Source of the DNA: an uncultured Gammaproteobacteria bacterium
GTDB taxonomy: Bacteria > Patescibacteriota > Patescibacteriia > JACRDY01
NCBI GenBank assembly: GCA_964550465.1
Contig: CAZJZH010000001.1
Location: forward strand, 107 to 64,106
DNA: 64,000 bases
Direction: 5' to 3'
Part shown: in pieces, positions 17,894 to 28,729 of the stretch
Position numbering within the stretch: the stretch's first letter is position 1
Layout of the letters: the number at the start of each line of letters is the position of its first letter
Program-made: the position numbers and the translations under genes
The notes under the pieces: model-generated
The model's input: only the letters and a program-made list of their open reading frames with translations
Told to the model about the DNA's origin: nothing
Databases searched by the model: none

Positions 17894-20800
17894 CTAGGCA
17901 TTGGCGGCGGCTGGCTGGACAATAGCCACGGAACGCTCGCCAACAATCTGCTCCAGTAACTCTTTCACCGTATCGGTAGGATCAACCGTAAACGGTGTAT
18001 CGATTGACTGCCAGCCACGACCTTGGGCTACCAGTAATCTGACTGGCATATCCCCCGCGTGCTGACCAATCACCGCTTTAATCTGATCAACCAATTCCTG
18101 CGTTGGTGGTTGATGGAAGCGAATAAAGACGCCCGGCTGTGGTGCAGCTGGTTTGGCTGGCTGTTGCTGCTGTTGTTGATCAGCACCAGTATTGCGCCAG
18201 TGATTCTGCTTGAGACGAATCGGGCCGCTGTAGTCCTGGATGGTTTTTTCCAGCGAATCAGTCCGCAGCTCGGCTGCTCGTTCTACCACTATCTTCATCT
18301 CGCCATCCTTATCTGATACCCGCCCCTCAACAATAACCAATTGATCCTGACCAAAGACTTCACCGAGCTCCGTCATTTTTTTCGGAAAGACAATCACCTC
18401 GGTGCCTCCAGTGGCGTCCTCGATCCGAGCAAACAGCATCGGGTCCCCTTTGCGGGTAAAGACTCGCTTCTGCATCGATACCACCCCCGCAATGCGCACT
18501 GCTTCTCTACCCTGCTTGATAATCTGTGGTAATTGATTGCACGGCGCAACGATGTGATTTAAGTCACGAGCAAACTCGCGTATTGGGTGTTCCGTAATAT
18601 ACAAGCCTAGGTACTCGCGCTCCCACAGCGCCCGTTCTTTCTTACTGACTGCCGGCACATCGGCTAACCGCAGAGTATATCGCGGACCTGTAGTGCTGTC
18701 AGCAAACAAACTGGTTTGGTTAGAATCCTGGTCTTGATGAGTCTCCTTGATAAATTGCAAAATAGCGTCCATGTTGTACAGGACGGTGTTTGGGTCAATC
18801 ATCTGCCCAAAGGCACCCGCCTTAGCCAAACTTTCCAGCGATTTTTTATTCAACTCTTTCGAGCGTACTCGCAAGAGAAAATCTTCGAAGGTGGTAAAAG
18901 CGCCATTGGCCTTGCGCTCGTGAATAATAGCCTTAACAATGCCCTCGCCAACATTTTTGACGGCATGCAATCCAAAGCGAATACGCGGCTCTGCTGTATT
19001 CAGTGTTTCGGCCACCGCAGTGAAGTTGGTAAAACTTTCATTGATATCTGGCGGCAAGACTGTGATGCCCATAGCGGCGCAATCCGTCACCTCGACTGTC
19101 ACCCGGTCCAGGTTGCCTTGATCAGCGGTTAATAGCGAAGCCATGAACTCCACCGGGTAGTTAGCCTTGAAGTATGCTGTCTGGTAGGCAATGACGGCGT
19201 AACAAGCGGCGTGCGATCGGTTAAACCCATACTGAGCAAACGGCTCGATGAAGTGGAAAATTTCTTTTGCAATCTTGTCAGGGATGCTATTATCAATGGC
19301 GCCTTGGATAAACTTTTCTTTCTGCTCAGCTAGCAAACTGGCAATTTTTTTACCCATGGCCTTACGCAGCACGTCCGCTTCCCCCAGAGTAAAGCCGGCT
19401 AGGTCTTGGGCGATACGCATAATCTGCTCCTGGTAAACAGCGATACCGTAGGTGTTGTTGAGAATTGGTTCCAGTTTAGGATGAATGTAAGACACTTCTT
19501 TGAGGCCATGCTTGCGGGCTACAAAGTCTGGGATAAACTCCATTGGCCCCGGTCGATACAGGGCCACCATAGCAATAATATCTTCAATGTGGTTTGGTTG
19601 CAGCTGTTTGAGGTAACGCTTCATGCCGGCTGATTCGAGCTGGAAGACCCCAGTAGTGTCGCCACGCTGGAACAGCTCAAAAGTTTTAGCATCATCAAAC
19701 GGCAGCTCATCAAGGTCGTACTGCTTGCCGTGAATTTTTTTGATCACATCGATAGTGTTTTCCAAAATGGTCAAGTTCTTCAAGCCCAAGAAGTCCATTT
19801 TCAACAGACCGAGTGACTCAACCGGTGACAGTGAATACTGTGATACCACAGTTTCATCACTCCCACTAGCATACTGAATGGGCGCATACTGGCTGACGGG
19901 CTCCGGGGTAATCAGCACACCACAGGCGTGGGTGGAAGTATGTCGCGCATTACCCTCAATCCGTCGAGCAGTGTCAATTAACAGCTTCGCCTCCTCGTCA
20001 TTGTCATACATTTCTTTGAGCTCCGGCTCTTTGTCGAGCGCTTCATCCAAACTAGTGAACATCGGGATCAGCTTGGAAATTTTGTCGCAGTACCCATATG
20101 GCAAGTCTAATACACGACCAACGTCACGCACTGCCGCCCGGGCCGCCATGGTTCCAAAGGTAATAATCTGGGCTACGTGGTCTTTGCCATACTTACTTTC
20201 CACATACCGAATAACCTCATCACGACGGACATCAGCAAAGTCAAGGTCAATATCGGGCATCGACACACGCTCTGGATTCAAAAACCGCTCAAACAGCAAA
20301 TCGTACTTAATTGGGTCTACATTGGTAATATTGATCAGGTACGACACTAGCGAACCAGCGGCTGAGCCACGACCTGGACCAACGATAATGCCCTGCTCTT
20401 TAGCCCAGTTAACAAAGTCAGCCACAATTAAGAAATATGAAGCGTAACCGGTTTTTTCAATCACCCCGAGCTCATACTCCAGCCGTTCCTGGATAACTGG
20501 GTCCGGCGTATCACCGTACCGCTTAGCGATACCGGCCTGTGACTGATCCGCTAACTGCTGCTGTGGCGTTTTACCAGCTGGCACGGCAAAGAACGGCAAT
20601 TTGATCTCGCCCAAGGTCATTTCAAAATCAACCATGTCGGCAATCTTGGCGGTGTTAGCAATAGCTTCTGGCACATCAGCAAACTTCTCTGTCATGGCCG
20701 CTGCGCTGCGGAACGACAAATCATAGGCCAGCAAGTTCATGCGGTTGGTTTCGTCTTTTTTACGCTTGGTTTGCAGACAGATCAGCACGTCTTGCGCATC

Positions 20801-21445
20801 AGCATCGGGCTGCTCCAGGTAGTGGACGTCGTTAGTCGCTACCAGTGGCACACCTTCCTGCCGCGCGAGAGCAATCAAGGCCTGATTAACCTGCTCAGAC
20901 TCCGGTGTATCGGCCAGACGCTGCAACTCCAGATAAAAATTACCTTCACCAAACACTCGCTGGTGTTTAGCGACCAGCTCCTTGGCCCGCTGCGTATCAT
21001 CAGCCATCAGTGCCTGGGGAATCTCGCCTTGTAGACAGGCGCTAGAGGCAATAATGCCCTCGTGGTATTGCTCCAGTAACTCCCAGTCAACCCGCGGCTT
21101 ATAATAAAAACCCTCCATGTGAGCCATGGAAGTCAGTTTAATCAAATTTTTGTAGCCGGTCTCGTTTCGCGCCAACAAGATCAAGTGGTTACGCACTTCA
21201 TCAATCCGCGGCCGTTTATTCAGTCGGCCATTGGGCGCTACATAAGCCTCTAAACCAATAATGGGCTTAATGCCCGCCTTGGTGGCTTTTTGATAAAACT
21301 CCACCGCGCCATACATGACGCCGTGATCCGTCAAAGCTAAGGCCGACATATGTTCCGCCTTCGCCATATCGACCAATTCACCCACCTTCGGCAGCCCGTC
21401 TAGCAGGCTGTAGTGGGAGTGAACGTGGAGATGAATAAAACTCAT
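17894..21445 (-). CDS. dnaE: DNA polymerase III subunit alpha
   Basis: HLHVHSHYSLLDG, GPGRGSAAGS, PDIDLDF, KMDFLGL, GVFQLES, YGFNRSHA, OB-fold; no intein seen. Confidence 0.98.
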   Translation of the reverse strand: MSFIHLHVHSHYSLLDGLPKVGELVDMAKAEHMSALALTDHGVMYGAVEFYQKATKAGIKPIIGLEAYVAPNGRLNKRPRIDEVRNHLILLARNETGYKNLIKLTSMAHMEGFYYKPRVDWELLEQYHEGIIASSACLQGEIPQALMADDTQRAKELVAKHQRVFGEGNFYLELQRLADTPESEQVNQALIALARQEGVPLVATNDVHYLEQPDADAQDVLICLQTKRKKDETNRMNLLAYDLSFRSAAAMTEKFADVPEAIANTAKIADMVDFEMTLGEIKLPFFAVPAGKTPQQQLADQSQAGIAKRYGDTPDPVIQERLEYELGVIEKTGYASYFLIVADFVNWAKEQGIIVGPGRGSAAGSLVSYLINITNVDPIKYDLLFERFLNPERVSMPDIDLDFADVRRDEVIRYVESKYGKDHVAQIITFGTMAARAAVRDVGRVLDLPYGYCDKISKLIPMFTSLDEALDKEPELKEMYDNDEEAKLLIDTARRIEGNARHTSTHACGVLITPEPVSQYAPIQYASGSDETVVSQYSLSPVESLGLLKMDFLGLKNLTILENTIDVIKKIHGKQYDLDELPFDDAKTFELFQRGDTTGVFQLESAGMKRYLKQLQPNHIEDIIAMVALYRPGPMEFIPDFVARKHGLKEVSYIHPKLEPILNNTYGIAVYQEQIMRIAQDLAGFTLGEADVLRKAMGKKIASLLAEQKEKFIQGAIDNSIPDKIAKEIFHFIEPFAQYGFNRSHAACYAVIAYQTAYFKANYPVEFMASLLTADQGNLDRVTVEVTDCAAMGITVLPPDINESFTNFTAVAETLNTAEPRIRFGLHAVKNVGEGIVKAIIHERKANGAFTTFEDFLLRVRSKELNKKSLESLAKAGAFGQMIDPNTVLYNMDAILQFIKETHQDQDSNQTSLFADSTTGPRYTLRLADVPAVSKKERALWEREYLGLYITEHPIREFARDLNHIVAPCNQLPQIIKQGREAVRIAGVVSMQKRVFTRKGDPMLFARIEDATGGTEVIVFPKKMTELGEVFGQDQLVIVEGRVSDKDGEMKIVVERAAELRTDSLEKTIQDYSGPIRLKQNHWRNTGADQQQQQQPAKPAAPQPGVFIRFHQPPTQELVDQIKAVIGQHAGDMPVRLLVAQGRGWQSIDTPFTVDPTDTVKELLEQIVGERSVAIVQPAAANA

Positions 21446-21522
21446 AGTGTTCTAGTGATAGAAAAAAGAAACAGCCCCATCACGGTTTTGTTTCTCAAAA
21501 AATCCACCTCGCTGTTCTATCC

Positions 21523-21900
21523 TTACCGCTTTTTTGTTTTTCGCTTGGTGGTCTTTGCCTTGACTGGCTCTGCTGGCTCCTCTCCCTCATCATCCTCTGC
21601 CATCATCTCAGCCATTGAATCAGCCGCTGTCTTAGCCTTCCGAGCTACAAAAAACTAGACCACCTGGCTAATGCCATCAGCCACTAATGCCAGGTGACTG
21701 GATGATTTTTCTACTCGCTCCTTGATGGTGTTCATCAGCGCTTCAAAGGCATCGAGCTTCTGCTGGACGCTCTTAGTAACTGTGTACGCCTGCTTGAGCA
21801 ACATGGCCACGTAGTAAATAACCCAGCAGAGGAAGACTGTTAACCACAGGATACAAAATGACAGCACGACAAATAGCAGGTCTTTTGAGGTCTCCAACAT
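21523..21900 (-). pseudogene. Membrane protein ORF interrupted by an in-frame TAG at 21655-21657 (nonsense mutation or sequence error)
   Basis: MLETSKDLL...ISQVV-TAG-FFVARKAKTAADSMAEMMAEDDEGEEPAEPVKAKTTKRKTKKR-TAA, all in one frame. Confidence 0.6.
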
Positions 21901-21922
21901 AGTGATGTAGGTTATTTTTGTT

Positions 21923-24373
21923 TTATTGACGCAAGCTGGCCTGGCAATCGCTAGCCAAGGCATCAATGATCTGCTGCTCATGCGCAGTCACCTCTTCAGC
22001 GGTCAGGGTGCGATCATCGGCCTGATAGGTCACATGAAAGGCCAGGCTCTTGTGGTCTACTGCTATTGTACCACCAGTGAAGATGTCGAACAACTCAACC
22101 GCCTCAACCAGTGGCTGGCCGGCACTGCGGACTGTTTTTGCCACCTGCCCCCAGCTAACACTGTCCGGCACGACAATAGCCATATCACGCACCACGGCCG
22201 GGTACTTGGCGGCTGGTGTATAGGTCGTTGGTTTACGTAGACAGGCTGCTAGAGCAGTCACATCAAGGTCAATAATGCCCACCGGCCAGTCAATATCATG
22301 AGCCGTACCAATACCCCGCTTTAGCTCAGTCACCACTCCCAAGGCCTTGCCATCAACCACCACGCCGATACTACGCCCTGGCTCAGCCCATGGCGGCAGC
22401 ACATCCGGTGTAGTGTCAAAATAAAAATCAAATCCTAGGCTACGCAAAACTGTCTCCGCCATGCCCTTAGCGGTAGTAAACGGTTGGTCATCATCCGCCG
22501 CCGCTACCACCACGGTCAAACGCTTCGGTTGGTCTGGTAACATCACGCCGCCGTCAGTCGAGCGAGCGTAGCTACCTGGTTGCGGCAAAAATACCCGACC
22601 AATTTCACACAAGCGAATATCATCAAAGTACCGCGCGTTATCGGCCACTGCTTTGACTAGGTTTTGCACCAAGGTGGTGCGTAATAGTGTCTGGTCTGTG
22701 GCAATAGCATTGGCCAGGGCAATGTGCTGCTGCGGTGTAGTACCAAACAAGCCAACAGTTGCCTCATTAACAAACGAATACGTCTCCACCTGATAGCAAC
22801 CGCCAGCGCCAACTAGCTGGTCAATGATGCTTGTTTCCAGCTGGCGCTCATTATTACCAACTGGCGGAGTGATTGGTAAGGCTGGTAGATGTCCCGTAAT
22901 AGCATCAAAACCGTGCAGTCGCGCTACTTCCTCGACAATGTCTTCAGCTATAGCAATATCACCCGTCGCCCGCCACGATGGCACGCTGATGGTCAGCTCA
23001 CCTTTTTTCTTACTCTTCTTGACGCCAAAGCCGATACTCTTCAGGCTGTCAGTAATGACCTGATCAGTTAGTGGCTGACCGCCAATGCGTCGATTCAGCC
23101 AAGCGGTATCTACATCGATAACCACCGGCGTATCATCCCAATCCCCTACATCAACCACCTTGCTGACGACTTGCACATTGGACTGGATTTGTTGTAACAA
23201 CTCCACTGCTCGACGCAGTGCCTGTTCAGCCATCTGTGGGTCCAGCCCCTTTTCAAAACGAGCACTGGACTCGGTACGAATACCTAAGCGGGTAGCAGTT
23301 TGACGGATACTGATTGGATCAAAGGTGGCCGACTCAAATACCACTGTCGTAGTGTCATCACTGACTCCACTGTCTACACCACCCATAATACCCGCTAGGG
23401 CCAGTATTTTTTTATCATCACGTATCACTACATCATCAGCCGTTAACTGATGCTCTTGCTCATCAAGGGTGGTGAACTGCTGACCCGCCTCAGCCTGAGC
23501 AATGGTAATTGTACCACCAGCAATAGCCTTACTATCAAAGGCGTGCATCGGCTGACCTAACTCCAGCATGACGTAGTTGGTAATATCAACAATAACGTTA
23601 ATGGAGCGAACGCCCACTGCTTCCAGCTGACTGGCCAGCCAGGCTGGTGATGGCTCAACAGTGACACCGTCAACTGCCACCGCCATATAGCGACTGCACT
23701 GCTGAGTAGCTGCGATACTAGCCTGCAATCTATGCTTGCGCCCAGCTCGAATAGCTGGCGTCTTGTACGGCTGTAGCGGTACGTTAAAAATCGCCGCCAG
23801 CTCCCGAGCCAAACCGTAGTGACCCCACAGATCCGGCCGGTGGGTCATCGATTTATTATCAATATCAAAAATAGTGTCATCCATGCCTAACGCTTCAGCC
23901 AGCGGCGTACCAACTTCAGCAGCCAGTCCGGATAGATCCGTAATGTCACCATCCGCACAGGGATGGAGATGTTCGATGCCAATCTCGTTACTGGCGCAGA
24001 TCATACCCTCACTCTGTTGGCCACGGATTTTGATCGGCTTGAGTTCTACTAGCTCCCCTTCCCCATGCCACCGCACCGTGGCACCCACCTTGGCAAAGGC
24101 CACTTTCATCCCTTGCTGCAGATTAGCCCCACCACAGACCACGTCATATTCGGTACTGCCATCACTAACAATCGCTACCCGCAAGCGATCAGCATCTGGA
24201 TGTGGTTGGACTGAGGTGACAATACCAATCACTACACCGGCCAATTGTTGCCCGTGCGACTGCACGCCTTCTACTTCTACCGTCTGCAAAGTAACCTTTT
24301 CAGCAATCTCTTCCGCTGAAAAGCCTTTGGGAATAGTGATAAAATTAGTCAGCCATTTACGAGAAACTAACAT
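21923..24373 (-). CDS. pheT: Phenylalanine--tRNA ligase beta subunit
   Basis: HPDADRL, VVCGG.N, SEGMIC, RPDLWGHYGLARE, VDITNYVMLELGQPMHAFD, RFEKG, C-terminal FDX-ACB domain. Confidence 0.97.
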   Translation of the reverse strand: MLVSRKWLTNFITIPKGFSAEEIAEKVTLQTVEVEGVQSHGQQLAGVVIGIVTSVQPHPDADRLRVAIVSDGSTEYDVVCGGANLQQGMKVAFAKVGATVRWHGEGELVELKPIKIRGQQSEGMICASNEIGIEHLHPCADGDITDLSGLAAEVGTPLAEALGMDDTIFDIDNKSMTHRPDLWGHYGLARELAAIFNVPLQPYKTPAIRAGRKHRLQASIAATQQCSRYMAVAVDGVTVEPSPAWLASQLEAVGVRSINVIVDITNYVMLELGQPMHAFDSKAIAGGTITIAQAEAGQQFTTLDEQEHQLTADDVVIRDDKKILALAGIMGGVDSGVSDDTTTVVFESATFDPISIRQTATRLGIRTESSARFEKGLDPQMAEQALRRAVELLQQIQSNVQVVSKVVDVGDWDDTPVVIDVDTAWLNRRIGGQPLTDQVITDSLKSIGFGVKKSKKKGELTISVPSWRATGDIAIAEDIVEEVARLHGFDAITGHLPALPITPPVGNNERQLETSIIDQLVGAGGCYQVETYSFVNEATVGLFGTTPQQHIALANAIATDQTLLRTTLVQNLVKAVADNARYFDDIRLCEIGRVFLPQPGSYARSTDGGVMLPDQPKRLTVVVAAADDDQPFTTAKGMAETVLRSLGFDFYFDTTPDVLPPWAEPGRSIGVVVDGKALGVVTELKRGIGTAHDIDWPVGIIDLDVTALAACLRKPTTYTPAAKYPAVVRDMAIVVPDSVSWGQVAKTVRSAGQPLVEAVELFDIFTGGTIAVDHKSLAFHVTYQADDRTLTAEEVTAHEQQIIDALASDCQASLRQ

Positions 24374-24381
24374 AGAAATAC

Positions 24382-25407
24382 CTAAAATTGCTGCAAAAAG
24401 CGCATGTCACCACTGAGTAACAAACGAATATCATCAATACCGTGGCGAATCATGGTCAAGCGCGTCAGACCAAAGCCAAAAGCAAAGCCACTGTACTGCT
24501 GTGGGTCAATGCCGCCAGCTCGCAAGACATTGGGGTGGACCAGGCCAGCACCCATCAACTCAATCCAGCCGGTCTGCTTACAGACCGAACAGCCTTCCCC
24601 ACCACAGATAGCGCACTGGACATCGACCTCAAAGCCCGGTTCGGTGAAGGGGAAATAGCCTGGTCGCAGACGAATCTTCAATTCTTTATCAAACAATGCG
24701 CGTAAAAACTGTCGCGTCACGCCGACTAAATCTGCCACAGCGATGTCTTTGTCGATCAACAACCCCTCTACTTGATCAAAGGTAGTGTCGTGACTGGCAT
24801 CAGTGGCTTCATAGCGAAAAACACGACCGGGAAAAATAGCCCGCAGGGGTGCGCCGTACTGCTGCATGGCGCGGACCTGTACTGGTGAGGTATGCGTACG
24901 CATGACCAAGCGGTTGTGTTGGTCGCTGTCGGCCTCTGTAATAAAAAACGTATCCTGCATATCCCGTGCTGGGTGACTGGCAGGAATATTTAAGCCCTCA
25001 AAGTTAAAAAATTCAGATTCCAGCTCTGGACCTTCGATAACAGCAAAGCCCATCGAGCCAAAGACTGCTTCGACGTCACGGCGCATAGCCGCTGCAGGGT
25101 GAATATGCCCACGGCATAGTGGCTTGCCTGGTACAGTGACATCAATTGGCGGCGCTGACTGGTTCATCAGCAAACGCTGGCTGGCCGTTGTCAGTTGGGC
25201 GGTCAGAGCATCACGCACGGCATTAGCTGCTTCACCTACTGCCTTGCGCTCTTCCACCGGTAAATACTTGAGCTGTCGCAACACAGCGGTCAATTTACCT
25301 TTACGACCCAAAAATTCCACCTCAACTGCTTGCAAGGCCTCTGTGGTTGTGGCTGCGGCAATAGCGGCTTCAGCTGCTTGTTTGAGTTGTTGTAATTGCT
25401 CAGTCAT
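24382..25407 (-). CDS. pheS: Phenylalanine--tRNA ligase alpha subunit
   Basis: HPARDMQDTF, RTHTSPVQ, YFPFTEP, GFAFGFG. Confidence 0.98.
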   Translation of the reverse strand: MTEQLQQLKQAAEAAIAAATTTEALQAVEVEFLGRKGKLTAVLRQLKYLPVEERKAVGEAANAVRDALTAQLTTASQRLLMNQSAPPIDVTVPGKPLCRGHIHPAAAMRRDVEAVFGSMGFAVIEGPELESEFFNFEGLNIPASHPARDMQDTFFITEADSDQHNRLVMRTHTSPVQVRAMQQYGAPLRAIFPGRVFRYEATDASHDTTFDQVEGLLIDKDIAVADLVGVTRQFLRALFDKELKIRLRPGYFPFTEPGFEVDVQCAICGGEGCSVCKQTGWIELMGAGLVHPNVLRAGGIDPQQYSGFAFGFGLTRLTMIRHGIDDIRLLLSGDMRFLQQF

Positions 25408-25410
25408 GAT

Positions 25411-26058
25411 TTATTCAATCACTATAGTTTCAATTATTCGCTCAAAGACTGGCTGGAAATCATAGGTACCCTTAAAGTTAAAATTTGTCCCGGATACATC
25501 TACAAAACAATCATTAGCTTGCACTACCACGCCACTGGTAGGCAGTCCTTCTGGTACCCCCTGCTGATCAACCTGTAATGCCGATTGTCCATCAATAGTA
25601 ACTCGCTGCCAGTCATCAAAAGTAAACGGACCGACACAGCCTATCCCTTCCTCGCCCCCTGCAACGCACGCGTTATACCGCTCCTGGTCGCGCTGCTCGA
25701 CGTCTGCAATATACTGATCAAGCGTATTACGCCCCTCGGCGGCATAATAAGAAATACTGACATAGCCATCGATAGACTCCTCTGCGCTCGGGTAGTCTGA
25801 TGTCTTACTTGGACGGGTTACTGACGCGCTACCCAGCCACCCCTTCGGCGGCTCTACTCGAAGGTCTACATTTTCCTGAGCCCACTGCTGTGGGTAACTA
25901 ATGCTAAACCCACACTGTTCATTCGTAATGACCTGCCAAGAATCAACAGTCGCTAATTCTTCTTCAGCGGTCATGAGTACCATGGTGTCATTATGAGCAT
26001 ACCATGCACAACCCGAAGTTAAGAGAATGATCATTAACAATGGTGCTAATAGTTTCAT
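25411..26058 (-). CDS. Putative lipoprotein, hypothetical
   Basis: Signal peptide with lipobox-like LTSGC; GFSISYPQQW motif reminiscent of PsbP-like surface proteins. Confidence 0.65.
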   Translation of the reverse strand: MKLLAPLLMIILLTSGCAWYAHNDTMVLMTAEEELATVDSWQVITNEQCGFSISYPQQWAQENVDLRVEPPKGWLGSASVTRPSKTSDYPSAEESIDGYVSISYYAAEGRNTLDQYIADVEQRDQERYNACVAGGEEGIGCVGPFTFDDWQRVTIDGQSALQVDQQGVPEGLPTSGVVVQANDCFVDVSGTNFNFKGTYDFQPVFERIIETIVIE

Positions 26059-26087
26059 AGTCCGGATTTAATATAAGTAATCAATCA

Positions 26088-27206
26088 CTAACCAATAATC
26101 CGTTCAATCAATCCTCCACCCCACCGCACGATATCTCGATAGGTCACAAAGACAATCAACAGTAAGAGTAACAAAAAGCCGATGTTATGGACAATGCTTT
26201 CAAATTTTTGATCGGCTGGTTTGCGGCGAATAGCTTCAATGCCTAAGAACAGCAGCCGTCCGCCATCTAGGGCCGGCAGCGGCAAAATATTGATAATCGC
26301 TAAGTTAATCGACAACAGCGCTACGAACTGCAGCAGGTGGGTAATGCCCAAGCGAGCTACCTGGCCGGTTAAGACAGCAATACCAACCGGTCCAGAGACA
26401 TCGACATCAGCTGACTGACCGGTAACCAAGTCACTGATTAAATCAGCAAACGCCACCACGATCGTGCCGGTTAATTGAGCGGTGGCTTGGACACCAGCCA
26501 CTGGCGCGGCAAACCATGGGTACGAGACTGTACCAACTGACACCAAGCCAACACCTAGAGTGGCGCGACCCAAGTCTTCATTCAGCAGCGGCGTAACAGT
26601 AATCCGCAGCTGCTCATCACCACGCAGCAGCGTCAGATCCATTGATTCGTTTTTACTATCAACGATAAACTCTTGGACATTATCAACATCGGTGTAAGGC
26701 TGCCCATCGATCAACTGGATAATATCACCCGTTTGCACGCCAGCCTCAGCCGCTACAGACTGCGGTACCACGCTGTAGATCTGCACCTGTCGTTCACTGA
26801 CCCGCGCGTATGGCGATAGTCCGGCACTGTCAGCCGGCAGCCCTGATGGCAGACCAATCATAAAGCCAATTGTCAGCAGCACGGCGGCCAACAACCAGTT
26901 CATGGCCACGCCAGCCACTAAAATGATGGCTCGTTGCCAGGCCGGCTTGGCAGCAAAACTACCTGGGTCACTCTTATCTTGCCCGTCTTCCCCTTTAATT
27001 TTGACAAATCCCCCCAATGGCAACCAGTTGAGGGAGTAACGGATGCCGGTTTTTTTACTAATCCAACTGGTGGCCCGAGGTGGAAAGCCAATACCAAACT
27101 CCTCAACATCACAGTCAAACTTTCGAGCAGTATAAAAATGCCCCCACTCGTGCACCAGCACTAGGATAGCTAAAACGGCAATGAAGATGAGAATCGTACC
27201 AACCAT
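26088..27206 (-). CDS. rseP: RIP metalloprotease RseP (M50 + PDZ)
   Basis: HEWGH, LPLGGFVKI, AGV.MN, PDZ domain, GPVGI, NILPLPALDGG. Confidence 0.95.
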   Translation of the reverse strand: MVGTILIFIAVLAILVLVHEWGHFYTARKFDCDVEEFGIGFPPRATSWISKKTGIRYSLNWLPLGGFVKIKGEDGQDKSDPGSFAAKPAWQRAIILVAGVAMNWLLAAVLLTIGFMIGLPSGLPADSAGLSPYARVSERQVQIYSVVPQSVAAEAGVQTGDIIQLIDGQPYTDVDNVQEFIVDSKNESMDLTLLRGDEQLRITVTPLLNEDLGRATLGVGLVSVGTVSYPWFAAPVAGVQATAQLTGTIVVAFADLISDLVTGQSADVDVSGPVGIAVLTGQVARLGITHLLQFVALLSINLAIINILPLPALDGGRLLFLGIEAIRRKPADQKFESIVHNIGFLLLLLLIVFVTYRDIVRWGGGLIERIIG

Positions 27207-27253
27207 AGTAAAAGTAATCAGTCTGTCCTATAGTAGCGCCTTGGTGCTATCCG

Positions 27254-28726
27254 TCAAGCAGCTGCTATATCAGCTAATAAGGCGATTAGTAATGTGTAGA
27301 ATTTCTGGACATGAACAATATGCACCCGCTCATCCGGCGAATGCGCCCCGGTGATGGTAGGGCCAAAAGAAATCATGTCCATGCCTGGGCAGCGCTGACC
27401 GACAATGCCACACTCTAAGCCAGCGTGAACCGCCTTAACCTCCGGCTCAGTCTCAAACTGCTTGGCATAGACTGCAGTCGCTCGCTGCAAGAGGGCCGAC
27501 TGGGGATTCGGCTGCCAGCCTGGGTATGGTTCACTCTGCGTCACACTGAACTGGTGCTGCTTAAATATATCTGTTACCTGCTGAGCAATGGCCTGACGGG
27601 CGGCATCATTACTACTGCGTTGACTGGTGCCAATAACCATTTCTTGATCAAAGAAATCAATCGTCGCTACGTTGGTTGATGTCTCCACCAGTCCTTCAAT
27701 GTCTTTACTCATCTCAATCACGCCATGCGGCAACGCATTGATCACGGCAATGATGTCCGCCTGAGCATCCACGCCCATGACACTGCTAACCGTTTGATCA
27801 GAAGCTTGGAGTCGCAGCGCTACCTGTTCATCACCACCACTCAGCGTTTGTTGCACTGCTGCCTCAACTGACTCAATCACCGCGTTGGCGTCAGATTCTT
27901 GGTCTGGCGCAAAGGTGATGGTGGCACTGGCTTCGCGCGGAATGGCGTTGCGTTTACTACCACCTTGCAAACTAATCATCCGAAATGGCACCTTGGCCGC
28001 CAAAGTACTCAGCGCTTGGCCGAGGACGCGAATGCTATTGCCTCGCTCTTCGTGAATATCACAACCAGAGTGTCCGCCCCGCAGCCCGCTAACTGTCAAG
28101 GTATAGACGGTCCAATCAGTCGCCAGTGACTCCATCTCCAGCTTCCGCTCACCGATCGTGTCTTGACCACCAGCGCAACCGATGTAAAAAATACCATCCT
28201 CCTCTGAGTCGAGGTTCAACAACATCGTGCCGCTGATCATGCTGGCATCAAGCTGCTGCGCGCCAGTCAGACCAGTTTCTTCATCAACTGTGAAGAGCAG
28301 TTCTAATGGTCCGTGGACAACGGTATCGTCACTGGCCACCGCCAGCGCTGCTGCCACACCCATGCCATTGTCAGCACCTAGCGTAGTGCCCTCAGCGGTA
28401 ATCCACTCACCATCACGAACTAAACGAATCGGATCTGTATCCCAATCATGTTGGACATCACTGTTTTTCTCACAAACCATATCGAGGTGAGATTGAATCA
28501 CCACCACCGGTGCCTGCTCGTGCCCGGCCGTAGCCGGCACCGTCACTACGATATTACCCGCTTCATCCTGGACATGCTTCAGTCCCAACCGCTCAGCCGT
28601 ATCAATGACATACTGACGGATTTTTTCTTCTTTTTTACTTGGGCGAGGTACAGCGGCGATCTTGGCAAACTGCTGCCAGACCACAGCTGGCTCAAGCCCG
28701 GCAATGACTTCCTGATTGCTACTCAT
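27254..28726 (-). CDS. pepD: Aminoacyl-histidine dipeptidase (M20C)
   Basis: QSHLDMVCEK, TTLGADNG, TVDEETG, NLDSEE, GGHSG, HAGLECG, HSPDE. Confidence 0.95.
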   Translation of the reverse strand: MSSNQEVIAGLEPAVVWQQFAKIAAVPRPSKKEEKIRQYVIDTAERLGLKHVQDEAGNIVVTVPATAGHEQAPVVVIQSHLDMVCEKNSDVQHDWDTDPIRLVRDGEWITAEGTTLGADNGMGVAAALAVASDDTVVHGPLELLFTVDEETGLTGAQQLDASMISGTMLLNLDSEEDGIFYIGCAGGQDTIGERKLEMESLATDWTVYTLTVSGLRGGHSGCDIHEERGNSIRVLGQALSTLAAKVPFRMISLQGGSKRNAIPREASATITFAPDQESDANAVIESVEAAVQQTLSGGDEQVALRLQASDQTVSSVMGVDAQADIIAVINALPHGVIEMSKDIEGLVETSTNVATIDFFDQEMVIGTSQRSSNDAARQAIAQQVTDIFKQHQFSVTQSEPYPGWQPNPQSALLQRATAVYAKQFETEPEVKAVHAGLECGIVGQRCPGMDMISFGPTITGAHSPDERVHIVHVQKFYTLLIALLADIAAA

Positions 28727-28729
28727 AGA

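Noticed and set aside
21655-21657. Genome-wide stop-codon reassignment
   Set aside because: TAG and TGA end many conserved genes at expected lengths, and Trp/Gly use standard codons.
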